Below, in pieces: positions 13,671-27,122 of a stretch of DNA of 64,000 nucleotides; the stretch's first letter is position 1, and the number at the start of each line of letters is the position of its first letter. This DNA comes from Laetmonice hystrix. Its lineage: Eukaryota. Both the position numbers and the translations under genes were made by a program. Under the pieces are notes generated by a model that worked only from the letters and a program-made list of their open reading frames with translations, was not told the DNA's origin and ran no database searches. Location of the stretch: positions 14,694,001 through 14,758,000 of the forward strand of contig OZ249443.1 in the NCBI GenBank assembly GCA_965235115.1. The letters are read 5' to 3'.

Positions 13671-16005
13671 AATGCCAATACAGGGCGGGTGGCTGTTGGT
13701 GATGTCTTCTTGCCTTTAGGGGAGAAATCTGGCTGAATTTATTATGAAGCGATGGATGTGTATCAGATAAGAATGCCTACTTGATTAAAAATAGTCGCAA
13801 CCCCTGCCACGGTCGCACAAACCGTGGCCGACAAGTGCATCTCTGAGTGGCATGTTGGCCAGCTGGCCGACCCTGACCTGTCTTAGATACTGATAGGTAC
13901 TCCACCCTCGACCAGGGTGTACCCAAGTACGCGGTCAACCCCCTCCCCCAACCCCTTTCTTAAAAAAAATAGGCCCTTAAAAACACTCAAAAATTCAGTA
14001 AAAGTTCCATAATCCCATGTATCTTTCCGTTATTTGGCTATATTCGGATGTTTGACTGGGACACCAGTATTTAAAGTATCTTAAAATACTTAATTGAAGT
14101 GCCCTAGGGAAATCTACGTTTAATCCCTAAACTGGGATTAAATCCGGGATTATTTTTACCTACCCCGTTATTTGTATAGTCCGTTAAGTGAAAAAATAAC
14201 AGTCCAGTATAGCAATCGACATGCAATTAAATGTTGGCACTAATCCTATAGTAACCAGGCATCCCCTCCCATACAACTTATCCCCGACATATAATATTAT
14301 ATACATTCATCCACATATTGCATACAGCAGAACTCCTCCCACTGCCAATAATCCCAATGTTGATTACATGTATCGGTCACTTCAACTGCTGGTATTAACT
14401 TGTATCTGCCCTGCTACTGACTTACCCCCAGTAATTGTGGGATTTCATCGTCTTAACCTACTAGGTTACAATGTAACCATTGTTAATTCTAACCTCACCA
14501 TTTACAACCTCTCCTAACCCGACCATTGTCACTCTACAAGACAGCTTCCGTTGTTACATTTTACAAAAGTTACTCATGAAGGTCATTTAGATTCAGGCAC
14601 CCGATACCATCCAATTAGAAGACCATGATCAGAAATCTCACCTCTTTGGCCAAGCCAGACCGGCTGAATATTGAGGGGTGTCATGTTTTCTTGATTCTCT
14701 TCAAAATCATCGAGGTTTAATTGTGATGTCATCTTCTCTCCATATGATTGTCTTTTACAGGACCCTTCAAAGGATGCGCTGCCGAACTCTGGTGCAGATA
14801 GCCTGGTTTCCATGACGATTGAGTATATCTCCGATGAGGTGCTAAGTATATCAGGCTGACATCTTCCTTGTCTATTTCAATGGCGGCACTGTCAGTGTTA
14901 TCTGTCTTCAGTTTAGGCACTAAAACTTATCTGATCCTAGATCTCCAGGCTTTGTAAAACATAAATTAAATGACCCTTATATGGGTTAATGACGGCCTAT
15001 ATTCATGAACTGCCACTGTCACTGATGTAATGTTAACTAACTCTGCATCGGGTCTTGCTCGCGGCCGCAAATTGAACACATGCCGTTCTGCCAAGTTCTG
15101 GAAGCGATTAAACTACCATTAGGTTTAACCTGTAGAATCAAAGTTCCAACGTCGCTTAAAGACTTCGTGTTGTTGATGAAGTAAAGTTTCAGTCCCACCT
15201 TGTTGATGATATCCTGGGTAATCTAAGATACAACTCAGCAAGCGCAAACACTTGTGGATAAATAAATCCTTGGGCAATGTTCCTGTTGATTGGATTTACC
15301 ACTGTAAGAGCTCCTCAAGTATGTTTGTGGCAGTAACTGTCAAACTGCTTTAACAGAACGAATCCCTGTGTCCAAAATGTTCCAATGTTTGTCGCAACTC
15401 GAGAGAGGTAGTCCCACTGCGTCGACACCAAGCTGGTACTCACTCAAGTTTCGCAACTCACAGCGACTCACTTAATTCCCACCTCTCACGTTACTCACTG
15501 ACACCGTGTGATAAGTCAAGTATCATGTACAGTGAGAATCACGATAGGTCCTCACTCCCAACCGAGGATGGCTGTGTACATGAAGGATGATGTCCTGTTC
15601 CTTAGTGCAAGCACAACTCCAAATGGTAAAGTCTGTGGTCTGGAACTTTTCCAGTAATGTCTCCAGGGCGTTGAGATAGAACGCCCAATACAATCCGCTG
15701 TTATCCGCACTGAGGTCACGATTAAAGTCCCATCACCTGTCAAGGTGGTATCTTCATATATGAACTCCAATGCTTATTAATAATAAACAACCCTCTGAAT
15801 TTCCAACTCAAGAGTGGCCGTTTAAACACGACTGGTCAGGAGGTCCGGCCCTTGGGATATGACTGGTGGTCAGTTTGTGTCCAGCCTGTCAGTGTCCAGA
15901 CCTAGCTCGCTTGTGGACTGGCCGCACGATGATGGGTCAATGTGGACCACAGACAGCGCCCATTCACCCCTAAGGCTCTCTGGGACCTAGGCGCAGGCTA
16001 CAACA

Positions 16006-16020
16006 AGTGCCCCCTGGTGA
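16006..16020 (-). promoter_or_regulatory. CTCF-like motif
   Basis: Minus strand TCACCAGGGGGCACT, 12/13 to the CCRSYAGRKGGCR core. Confidence 0.45.
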
Positions 16021-19000
16021 GCGGAATGGCAGGTTTGGATGCGCTGTTCAAGCAGTGCTGCACCACCCACAGTGGTTGCTGGGTTGTCCAGCTATAGCGA
16101 GGATAGGTGGGGGGCCCGTGGCAGCGGGAGGGGGGGGGCTGGGGAGGGGGAGGGCTGGGCCAGGTTGCTGACCAATAGCTGTGCAGTCACTCGGAACGAG
16201 CGCTTGGCTCAGGCACTAAGACCGGAAGGCAGGAGAGAGAGCCAGCCTCATAGAGCAATTCTGTCTCTGCAACAACCCTTGCAAATTAATGAACCTTCAG
16301 AATGTAACTCCTGAAATGGAAGCCCCTGGGGCCTATACTCTACCCCCTGACCACCCCCCCCCCCCTCCGGACTCGGCAAGTCTCCCTTTCTCCCCTCAGA
16401 GGGTGTCCAGCTGGAAATATTCTCACAGCTCAGGTGGTCTGATGCATTATCATATACAACAGAATGTACACAGATTTACTTCTGCGCACACATAGTTTGA
16501 GAGATCTTCTAAGGTCATTGTCCCACCTGGCAACATGCATGGCTTCGTTTTACGTTTGGCCTTTGTCACCGAAACGGATGCACAGCATATTTCCATTCCC
16601 TGATGTGCGTCAAAGGTTGGCTATTTTGCTGATGTTATAAATATAAATTTATATGTATTAAGAAGTGTATGAAAATGTAAACTATGAAATAAAAAAACTT
16701 CGGCCTAAGAAAACCATCGAAAGTTTATTCTGATTTTGAAAGCTTTTAGGCATACTAAATCCGGCATATAATTCACCCTATGGTATCGACCGCTCTGGTC
16801 ATTGTAGAGTATAATCATGTATTTAAAACCATAAAAGGTCGCAGCTCCCTCCCCCACTACCCAACCTATCTCCCACAGTGAATAGTTTTAAGGTGACACC
16901 TCGTCAGGGTTTGGCCCAATGCCCCCAGGCCTGGTCGTAGCTCGCCCACACTCCAAACGTCAAAACTTATCATAAACTGCGATCTGATTGGCCAGCTCCG
17001 GTCATATGATTAATTCAACTCCATGCCCGCCACGCTTCTCCCTGCCAGACTCCATCACCATACATTTCACCATCCGCCTAAAATAAACACGTCTACCTGC
17101 ACCCAGGATGTGTGCAGAGAGAAAACATCTTGCGCCACACGACTCATTCTGTGCCTTTTCACGTTTACCCGCCAAATCTTTCTTTACACTCAAGGTGTGT
17201 AAATACCAGAGATGAGTTTTGGACACCCGCTGAGGATGGGTATTATCTACTGTTACCGGTCAGACCCACGGACTGAACAGCCAGGTTAAATACATTCTGA
17301 CTATATACTGACACGGCCTTTGTGACATCTTCCTGTACAACATGACGACCTTGGAGGTTGAGTCCATACAGGCGGGTCCTAGAATGACCTCCGTCACTGA
17401 CACGACAAGGCCAGGACTTGTACGTCCAGATGGTTTACCTCCACTTGGCCCCTGTTTAGGACGTCTCAAGATGTTGTTGAGAAATATGCCTGTATAACCT
17501 GAAGTATTTTTTGTCATAACCTTGCGGTCCCGACCTTGGATGGCATTTATCACACTTTGTGTAACATCTGCTAGGTAACCACGAGGACCCTCAACTTGTG
17601 TCCATATACAGTTTTGGCGGGAGCCTACTGACCTCCTAATTTGTGTTTTTTTCATAAACGTGACCTACAGCTCTCTTATCCTGACCCATACTTGCACAGA
17701 CTCAAGACTCCGCATTCAAACTAGTCGCTTTCATGGACTTTTAGATGGTAGAGAATATCAATTTTGAAGATTGATTTCTGTTTATACCAACATAATTTTG
17801 GTTTATACAGTAGTACATGTACATGCATTGTACATGTATATCGGAATTTACTTCCAGCAATAAGACCTTGGTAATTCTAACTGCACGGCATACTATCTGC
17901 TATGGTAAGAAGGGAGCGATAAACAACTGTGAGAGACTTTCGAAGTAAACTCTAGTCTATACTAATCAAAGTTCATTCATTTATTCAACTATTATACGCC
18001 TTTAGGAAACGTAAAGTGGATTACGCCATATCCCCCCACCACAGAGGTCCCACCTGTTGACCGCTTTCCTAGCCCTCTTGACCAACAGGTGTGTAAACCG
18101 GCGGTAAAACTACCCGCTAACTCCTTAATGTCTCCCCAGGTGGACGGGAAAAACTAATTCAGGTGTGCTACCTGCATACTATAAGACGCATACATTACAA
18201 CTACTGTTTCTAAGCTTCAAAATACAAAAGAAAAGTAACCCCCATAACATCAGTTGATTTGTCAAGGCATCCCTTTAACTAATTATAGATTTGTCTAAGG
18301 TCATCGCCTGGACTAATTGGTACACTCCAGGTCATCCCTCACTCCTGACGTCACGCGTCTGACGTATGCAGGTGGCCTTTCCACCTGTAATCATCTAGGG
18401 TTGGAGATTCAATCAGAATCCAACAATAGATGTCATAACTATTTAAACTGTCAAAAATAGTTAACCTGTGTAACAGGTTTTACACAATCTACATAGCGTC
18501 AATAGAGTTTGTGATTCACCAAACACCCCACGCTATAGATACTGGGAAACATTATCTTTTTATATAGAAGAGATAATCGAGATCATAGACAAAGATAAAT
18601 CCAATGGACTTTTACTGGGTGCCAATTCCTACTACTTTTCCGACTTCTGCCTTGCACAATGTCCATAAAGATATAGGCCTATACCCGGATACGTAACGAC
18701 GTCATGAAGGCAATTATCCTGTCAAAAAATAGCTCCAAAAATTGCTTTCTGACATCGAAAACCACAGGAGGTCAGGGCAGTCGAACTCTTCAACACAGAG
18801 TCATAAAGGTGTAAAAGATTGGCTTTGACTGGAGGTGTGACAACGTGGGGTACGCTGGGAGATGCCGGGGTGCCAGGGGTACAGTCAGTCTCCCCACGAG
18901 GGGTCGGTACTTGAGTAGGGCCACTCCAGTTACACCTTGCAGTGCCCCCCAGAACGTGTCAACCCTCATACCCTGCCCTGCTAACTGACCAAACTGACGG

Positions 19001-20221
19001 CAATTATCTAATATGAATATGTCGTTACGTCTTCACCCAAAACGTACTGCGCAGAAGGCGGTTTACGTTATGTAACATATACTCAATATATGTAACAAGC
19101 ACCTTGCGCCCTAGTTGACTTCTCAGATTTTGACATCCTATAATTAAATTTGGGGTGGGGGTGGGGCTTGCTCCTCAAGTATTTCTACTAGGGATAAGCC
19201 AGTTAGTCCCCAACCAATGGAACTCTCTTCAACATGGCTTAAATACTTCTAAATTATTGGTCATTGAAGGATTAGGAGGGTCTCTGTCCCAAGGTTTGAG
19301 TTAAGAACAACACTAAACGGTTGTTAATCTTTTCGCTGAACAGGTTTTCAGTAGGCCTACACCCGGAATCAATTTCTATAGCGCTATTATAACCGTTCAG
19401 TCAGCGAATTTGTGGTGATCGTATTTTTCGGGCAATATTTTAAAAAAAGAAAAAAATGATGTGTTTGCCATTTTTTATATCAAATCAGTTTCTCTTTTTC
19501 CTTTTAAATGTTCCTTGTGAAAGCAAAGGATAAACTTATAATAATAATTTTCAATCAATTGTAAAAGACAACTAAGTCATGTGGAAAATTGAATAAACTT
19601 AGGAAAGATATGTGCGCTGGGCAGTAGTAGCCTGAAATAACACCCCGAGACATTCTTACACCTCGAGGCCCCCGAGAATTACTCGCGGGGATGGGGGCGG
19701 GGGGGGGGGGGGGGTCCGTCAAAAATATATGAGAAGTGTGAAGCGTGCATGACACCTCCCATATGCCTGTCATTTCCTCTTCATTGTCAACTCTCACCTG
19801 GGGTAGGAAATAGACGAGTGGTTCGAGGTGACACAAGGTCACACCTTTGACCTTCCAATAACCTTTACATGCCCTTGCCCGCCCCCAACAACTGTAAGAA
19901 CAATGTGGATGACACCTAGTGTCACTGAAGGTGTTCTGAACGCTGACTCTCTCTTATGCTATGTCAATAACATTCAGAACCCTCGAGAACCGTGCTGGGG
20001 TGGGGGTTGGGGTGTCCTGGGGGTAACCTGCAGGGTCGGGGGGTACGGTTAAAAGACAATTCTACCCGCCAGGCTTGTGGAACCGTCAGGGGGCGAAGGG
20101 CATGTACACAGTTGGACATCAATGAAAACAAGAGAACGAGAACAAAAACTTTCAACCGCTCCAACATGATGGTCCGCACGCCATGGCTTGTATAGACACC
20201 CGCTTTCTTTTATATATTCGA

Positions 20222-20817
20222 GGACCCCGCACATAGGCCCACCGGTGACTTCTATATTCCCGGACCCCGCACATAGGCCCACCGGTGACTTCTATATTCC
20301 CGGACCCCGCACACATAGGCCCACCGGTGACTTCTATATTCCCGGACCCCGCACATAGGCCCACCGGTGACTTCTATATTCCCGGACCCCGCACACATAG
20401 GCCCACCGGTGACTTCTATATTCCCGGACCCCGCACATAGGCCCACCGGTGACTTCTATATTCCCGGACCCCGCACATAGGCCCACCGGTGACTTCTATA
20501 TTCCCGGACCCCGCACATAGGCCCACCGGTGACTTCTATATTCCCGGACCCCGCACACATAGGCCCACCGGTGACTTCTATATTCCCGGACCCCGCACAT
20601 AGGCCCACCGGTGACTTCTATATTCCCGGACCCCGCACATAGGCCCACCGGTGACTTCTATATTCCCGGACCCCGCACATAGCCCCACCGGTGACTTCTA
20701 TATTCCCGGACCCCGCACATAGCCCCACCGGTGACTTCTATATTCCCGGACCCCGCACATAGCCCCACCGGTGACTTCTATATTCCCGGACCCCGCACAT
20801 AGCCCCACCGGTGACTT
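20222..20817. repeat. Minisatellite, 14 full + 1 partial copies of a 40 bp unit (three 42 bp variants)
   Basis: Unit ggaccccgcacataggcccaccggtgacttctatattccc; units 3, 5 and 9 carry an extra CA; units 12-15 carry a G>C change (agcccc). Confidence 0.98.
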
Positions 20818-22123
20818 TTTCTTTATTTATCACCCGTTGCGGCCGGGGGAGGGGGCACGCACACAGTTGGGTTTCAAGTATAGGTGTACAGTGTTCTAGG
20901 CCCCCCCACATTTCTTGTGACACTTTAATGAGGTGCTATAAAAATTACTGTATCATGTATCCTTGCGCAAAGTTCCTCGAATATCGCGCCCTTATCGTGT
21001 CAGTCACTCGTCAGAACCGTTAACCTTGCAGTTTCCCTCATATAGGTTGTACAGCCTTTCGGGAATCCACTTTACTTTGAAAATCTTTTCATTGCAGAGA
21101 TTTTGTTCAGGTCTATCCCAACCTTGGATTATATCAAATTTTCCCAATATTTCCACTGGTACAAGACATTACTGAAACATTCTATAGTTTTTTCCTAGAC
21201 ATATTTCATCGCCTCCTCCCGACATGACTGTGAGTATTGTCTTTCCGTTTTGCCCAGCAAGGCTCTGATTTCAGCGCCGATGTGTCTAGGTCCGTTGGGT
21301 GCCAACATCTTGCCCATCGCTTGGTGAGTGTAGTTTATGACCACTAATGTACACCAAGGATGTGACCAGCAATGGTTGCCATACGTGAATGTCATAAAAC
21401 ATTTCTAATACATGCAATTGCCGGGAAATACGACAGCATGCTACCCATGCTATAGCAACAGTATACTGTGAATATAATCATGACTACAATAATTATTGTA
21501 AACAGCCAAATAATCCAACATAATCCCGAGTTAAGCCGGCCAAAATACCCGTATTCAACCGGACTCGGCCCACTCTCTGATCTGAAAATTGCACTAAAGA
21601 TTTCTATTCAAAAAACAATCCCTCTTTGGAAAATGGGGCTTAGGGAGGGGCGAGATGACTTAATTGACTCTCACATTGAATAACATATCGAGTCAGGTGG
21701 TTGTTTCCACGTGTCGCGCACCTGCACACATTGCTGAACATGATGACCATTTCTATAAGACACAGTAAACGTGTACGTGCCTATTATAGACATGTTCATT
21801 ACCTGTTGACAGCCATTGACAGGTGTTCTGATTGAGACATTGCCAAGCTCTGGATCCTCCCACTATACATGTCACCCGGTGGTAATTCTATATCCCCTCC
21901 CTTGACGACAATCCGATGTGTGGTGATTTATATCTTAGCACATGTTCCTTCCGCCATGGAACAATTGCTTTTTGTCACTGGTTACTTCAGCTTACGTAAC
22001 GTCTTCAGCTGTTCACTCGGAGGTGTTCTATTTGAGTACCTCACTGCCATGTAAAGATCCTTTCAAACACGCCTGCTGATCACCGTGACGGACATTGTTC
22101 AAAGTTGTAAACCCAAACTGTGA

Positions 22124-22315
22124 AGAAACTACGGGAGAAAGTTTAAAAGCAAGACAATAGTTGTTCTGGCGCCTGGCCTCGTGTACGACAGGACCGGCGT
22201 CAACTGGACAGTGATGTATGACTCCGGACAGCACCGTGCAATTACCGGCGGTGATTGTCACAGTCCTCTCGCAGTCAGCCGACAGTCGCCCGACTCTGAC
22301 GTATCGTTACCGTAG
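22124..22315 (+). CDS. Stop-to-stop open frame with coding-like codon usage; possible exon or relic
   Basis: RNYGRKFKSKTIVVLAPGLVYDRTGVNWTVMYDSGQHRAITGGDCHSPLAVSRQSPDSDVSLP; many C/G-ending codons, but no convincing splice acceptor. Confidence 0.12.
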   Translation, partial: RNYGRKFKSKTIVVLAPGLVYDRTGVNWTVMYDSGQHRAITGGDCHSPLAVSRQSPDSDVSLP

Positions 22316-23257
22316 TCTGGTAAGCTAACCACTGAGCCAAAAACCCCACGCAAGCGCCACTTACATAAGTTAGCCCTTCCCATTTCCTCTAGCCGTTCTT
22401 TAGCCACAAGCCTAAAGACAGGTGTGGCGCCTTAAAGTACATGTTCCCGACATGATCTTCATTCATCAGGCTTCACTCATCTCCCATCAAAGCTTTAAAC
22501 AATCATCCATCTTCAAGGCACACTTAAAACCCATATATCAAGGTTAGCGTCACCGAACAAAAACAATTTTTGGACACACCTTGATCACGTTTATTACCTC
22601 CTGCAACGAAGAGCCACACTGTCTGCCGTCGAGACGCGCCTTCAAAGGTTCCTCATAGTTAGGCTGGGTTAAAGACTTTCTCTAATGAGAAAATGGTGGG
22701 GTGAAAAAACGGTAATATTGTCAAGGAGGTGTCTATGGCAGCCTATCAGGATTTTTCAGCTGGGGCCAGGGTGTCAGTTTTGGTGGTTACCTGAACAGGT
22801 AGGCGTACACTTGGCATTCACTTGATGACCGCGGTAAAGACAATTTGCCACCTTGCAGTGTTATAATGAGTCATTACTAAAGTCTCAGTTCGCAATCAGT
22901 CATGGTGCCGTGTATAGACGGTGTCCCAGGCTGTCAGTTATAGGATTCGAGGGTCTCAGTTTACCTCAGTATAGACACCATAGAGAGCATGCCTGCACAT
23001 ATTTGATGAAAGAAAACAATAATTGGGGGTCCAACTGTATTAATAACAGAAATATGAATCAAGTAATAGATCTACCACTAGTAATCCCGTGTACTGATAT
23101 TTTAATTGGAACAAATGTGAATTTCAAATTCAAATTTGTTTTCCTCTGTCCTTCCATTGCTGATTACTCGCAGGGTCCAATCAGGAGTAGATTAGTCTGG
23201 TGTATATTCATCAGGATCATTCCCCCTCGATATTATCTTACACTAGCATGCAGCTTC

Positions 23258-23556
23258 TTCAATTTGAAACCTGCACCATTTCAAACGTCCCGATCATTTC
23301 ATTGCTTCCAAAGGAGAATCGAATCATACTAATTATATTTCAACCTGATATAGAGCGCCTTGGAGCCCCTCCGTTTTTTGACGGGTGGTGCGGTGTGGGT
23401 GGGGATTCAATTTGAAACCTGCACCATTTCAAACGTCCCGATCATTCCCTTTTATTGCTTCTAAAGGAGAATAGAATCGTATTAATTATGTTCCAACCTG
23501 ATATGGAGAGCCCTGGAGCCCCTCCGTTTTTTGACGGGTGGTGTGGTATGGGGTGG
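23258..23556. repeat. Tandem duplication, about 148 bp period, two diverged copies
   Basis: Copies start at 23258 and 23406; the first 41 bp are identical, followed by roughly ten substitutions and a small indel. Confidence 0.95.
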
Positions 23557-24552
23557 CGCGCGTCACCCTCACCCCTACTGAGGTGTCACCTTGAAGGAGC
23601 CGGGTAGGGTACGGTACCCTCCTGTGAACCCCCTCAGACCTCCTACCTTAGCGCTCAGTTGGAAGATGTCAGGGGAACTCTCTCCAACCCTCATTCACCT
23701 GCAGCTCAGTACTCGCATCCACGTGCCTTGTTCCCTCCTCAGGCTCATATTCCCGCTAAAAGACGACTAATTGGTTTGAATCTACTCATAGATTCCATTA
23801 GAGAAATATGGCTCACTCGGGTTAGTTCTTCTATCAAATGGTTATCATTCATAAAGTCGTAAATCCATTTACGTTGGAAAACACACTTTTTTACTTCCTC
23901 TGTCAATAAGAAAGTATCTTTGAAACTATCGCTTTAGTACTTTAGTTAAAAAATTATGTTAGAGACAGCTCATTTTAAAATAACCCCTCCCTTCTTATTA
24001 ATAAAAAAAATGCCAGGGTTGATACCTACATATACCCCGCCCCCACACCCTGACTTTTCCAAATACCAGAGCCCCCTAGGATAAGTCCTTAGAGAGGGGC
24101 AGATAACTTTCACCTAGCCTCCAATCTAACGCCGCTACCCCTATGGTGCGCCATATATCCTGACACCTTAGAGAATTTACGCGCCTTGAAAAAATCTGTC
24201 GTTGCCATCATTTAGGTTTTATGACCTGGCTAGGTGCATCACTTGGGTGGTACGATGTTCGAGCAATGTCGTACCTTTTGTAAACACTACTATCGACCCG
24301 AGATGGTACGGTGATTGTTATCTGTGCTAACTACCCATTCTACCCCACGCGTCCAGGTGCTCCGCCAGATACCACTACCAAACGACCACATTCCCTGCCA
24401 TTATTTCAACACTTATCAAACAAAGGCAACGACGGTAGGGTACTTCCAACGGCACGGGGGGACTTCAACTTGTTTAATCAGTTGCAGCTGAGTCGAGTGT
24501 CATCTTTTAAAAAATGTCGGACACCGAGACTTGAGACTCGTGCCAAGAGTTA

Positions 24553-24800
24553 TTATGTTTCGTAAAATCTTAGCCGCTCGCGCCGGGAGGGGGCAGGGGG
24601 TTGCCGACGATGCTGAGGCTTACCACCAGGTGGCACTGTGGGCACGCGCGTCGCGGCGCTGTTTCCACCTGCGTGGAGTGCGGCGCGCGTTCCGACTTGG
24701 CCCGGCGACGTGACTGGCGCGACGCGAGCACCACCACGCGGGGGTTCGGCGCACTCCGACCACCTGATATCAGTGGCACATCACAATGCCTCCATCTGAT
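24553..24800. promoter_or_regulatory. CpG-island-like GC-rich segment containing a perfect CTCF core
   Basis: Dense CG dinucleotides (gcacgcgcgtcgcggcgc, gcggcgcgcg, ggcgcgacgcg); CCACCAGGTGGCA at 24623-24635 (+). Confidence 0.6.
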
Positions 24801-27058
24801 AGGAGCTTTTAATTGACCGCTTGTGATCGCCATGATATTCCGGTTCGGGCCACGCTGGCATGGTGCCGCGGCTAATCACTTACTGATTGGAACTTGAGGA
24901 CTCTAATACCAGGATGGCCAACCTCTCAAAGGTTACCTGAAGAATACATGTCTAGACCGCAGACATATGGGAAATATACCCAACTGAAAATCGGTAAATT
25001 AAGATTGATTGAGATGAATATGACTAAAGCTGACAAAGCCAGGGGGCAGCGACACTAATTATGGCAAACGTCTTTCTTTCTACCCTTTCAAGATATTCGA
25101 ATCACGATGAAAAAACCCACTGTATTACTGTCTCAACAAGTTTCCTTGGTATTTCCTTCCATCTAATGGAATGTATAATTATTTATATACACACAACTTA
25201 AGGAACTACATTTCAAGCAATTACATCAGTCTATTTGCTGATATCGTGATAATACGCCATATCTGACTATTATCCATAATTTCCTTTCATCAGTGACAAA
25301 TTCACTAACCCAAATAAAGAAAACCTTAAATGTCAATACTGTTCTTGTAGTAAGAAACCCACAGTTTAACTTACAGAGACTAACTGCCAACACGCCACTC
25401 TAGGGGCCCTTCCTCACCGACATATTTTCTCGTTGATCAGACTACATTGGTATTAGGTTTTGGGACCCCTTCATTATTTTTTAATCCCCCCGTCGGAAAT
25501 CCTATAGGTCCACCCCTGTGTAACGACTAAAAGAGCCATGTGGTATTGTTTTCCTAAAACCCTGCTGAGCCCCTCTCTCCCCGACTTTTTCTTAAGACGC
25601 TTTCCTTTAAGTTTCTATTTTTGTATCAAGTTTGGTCGTCGCCTGGTCTCAGATTCCCAAGGGTCCTATTCATCAAGTCCTTATCACGTAAAGGAACGCC
25701 TGGACAGGCTGGGTTTGGTGATAATCCTGGACTCTCGAGCGGCCAGACCTGGCCACCATATGGACTTCACAGACAGCGGTTTGGGTTCTTGGCCAGCTAA
25801 AGAAATCTACTCGCTCATTCTGCAACATTTTATAACTCTCGTATACACCTCCGCCCTTCCGGTACGAACAGTTCCCCAATCATTCGAGTTAAAGTCTCAA
25901 AATGTTTCAAAGAAGTATCAATCATTTTCTGCCTTCTACATAGAGGATTCTTACAACCCCATATCCATGGAGTAGCGTACCCAGGGGGTGGGGTGCTTGG
26001 GGTGCTCAAGCACCCCCCTCAATTTGCCAATTTTGTTTTTTTGGGGTTTGTGTTTTGGTGCGCTTGTTGCCAATGTGCAGCGCCTACGACGTTGGTTATT
26101 TCCAGCACCCTCCTGGGTCAAGTTTCTGGGTACGCCACTGATATCCATACCTGACCACCACCGCCGGCTTATACAAACTATCCTCTACAGGCATTCCCTC
26201 ATCATTATTCCCTACACTACTCCATCAATGTACCGTTTTCTGTGTGTTGGACTGTCCGCTTGACGTCTCTTTCAAAGTTTACCTTCGAACGGGATGAATT
26301 TATTTAAGTGATTTGGCTGTCTTCTGTATGTGTGACATAATTGGCGGAGGTCATTAGGATATATACAGCTGGTCTCAATTACATCACAGTGACAGGTGAG
26401 GGTTTATTACCCACCTGGGCAGGTGAGAGGGTAAATAGCTCTGTGAGTTACTGTTGGCTTTTAGTGGACCTTATGACTGCCGGTAAAGTTCTGACCATCA
26501 GGTGCTATTGCTATCAGCAGCTGTACTCTCTGGTTCGGAAAACCAGACCTGTACTAAAAATGTCAAGATTTTAGAGTAAAGTTTTAAAGTTTTAAAGTGG
26601 CGAAACAGCAATGTAAGTACACATGTACCTCTAAGACACTTACGGTATGCCCTGTTCGTCAGACGAAACAATGTAGGCTTTTCATGAAAGTTCAAACAAA
26701 TAAAGAAGGCACGTTGGTTTCACCTTCCGATAGGCCTATAGCAATCCTCATTTAGATTCCCATTGACCGGATCACCGACTGAGTAACTGCAACGTTATGG
26801 GACCCCCTCCCCTTTACAAAAAATCGAAAATATAAAACGAGAACTCAGAGACCTGACCACCCATGAGTCTGATGTTCTTGAGTCCTCCTAAACAACCTCA
26901 CCGATTGTCTCTGTGAGGGAGGGGTGGTTGAAATAACCTTTGTCTAATCGTGCGTGTGACCCACACGTGCCCACGACACCCCTCTGGTTACTGACCATCA
27001 AACACGATCTGGTCCCTGTCCTTTCTGTGACCAATGGGACAATATGGTCAGTACTCAC

Positions 27059-27122
27059 AAGGAGGGACGCTGGCCGGAGGGCACTCGAGACGCCATGGAG
27101 GGTACTCGCGATATGACAAGCC
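27059..27122 (-). CDS. Weak candidate 64-nt exon
   Basis: Minus-strand acceptor gcgttctccttcAG and donor ctt|GTGAGT; open in all three frames; GLVISRVPSMASRVPSGQRPS if joined in phase 1 to 29653-29404. Confidence 0.2.

Noticed and set aside
11407-13868. 12 bp perfect palindromes (tcacggccgtga at 11407, ggccagctggcc at 13857) and 8-9 bp-stem hairpins
   Set aside because: About 20 palindromes of 12 bp are expected by chance in 64 kb.
11947-14819. Three 14 bp X-box matches (11947, 13024, 14806)
   Set aside because: The degenerate consensus RTHNYYWTRRNRAC is expected about 5 times per window by hand estimate, so this is not significant on its own.
15530-15770. LINE APE-endonuclease fossil (VMGDFN-like motif on the minus strand)
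   Set aside because: It requires an assumed 2-nt frameshift, the downstream motif is DSH rather than SDH, and there is no adjacent reverse transcriptase. A frameshift-aware HMM search would be needed to revive it.
20049-20923. ORFs with repeating peptides (CAGSGNIEVTGGPM, GVREYRSHRWAYV)
   Set aside because: These are translations of the 40/42 bp minisatellite; the unit length is not a multiple of 3, so the frames keep shifting.
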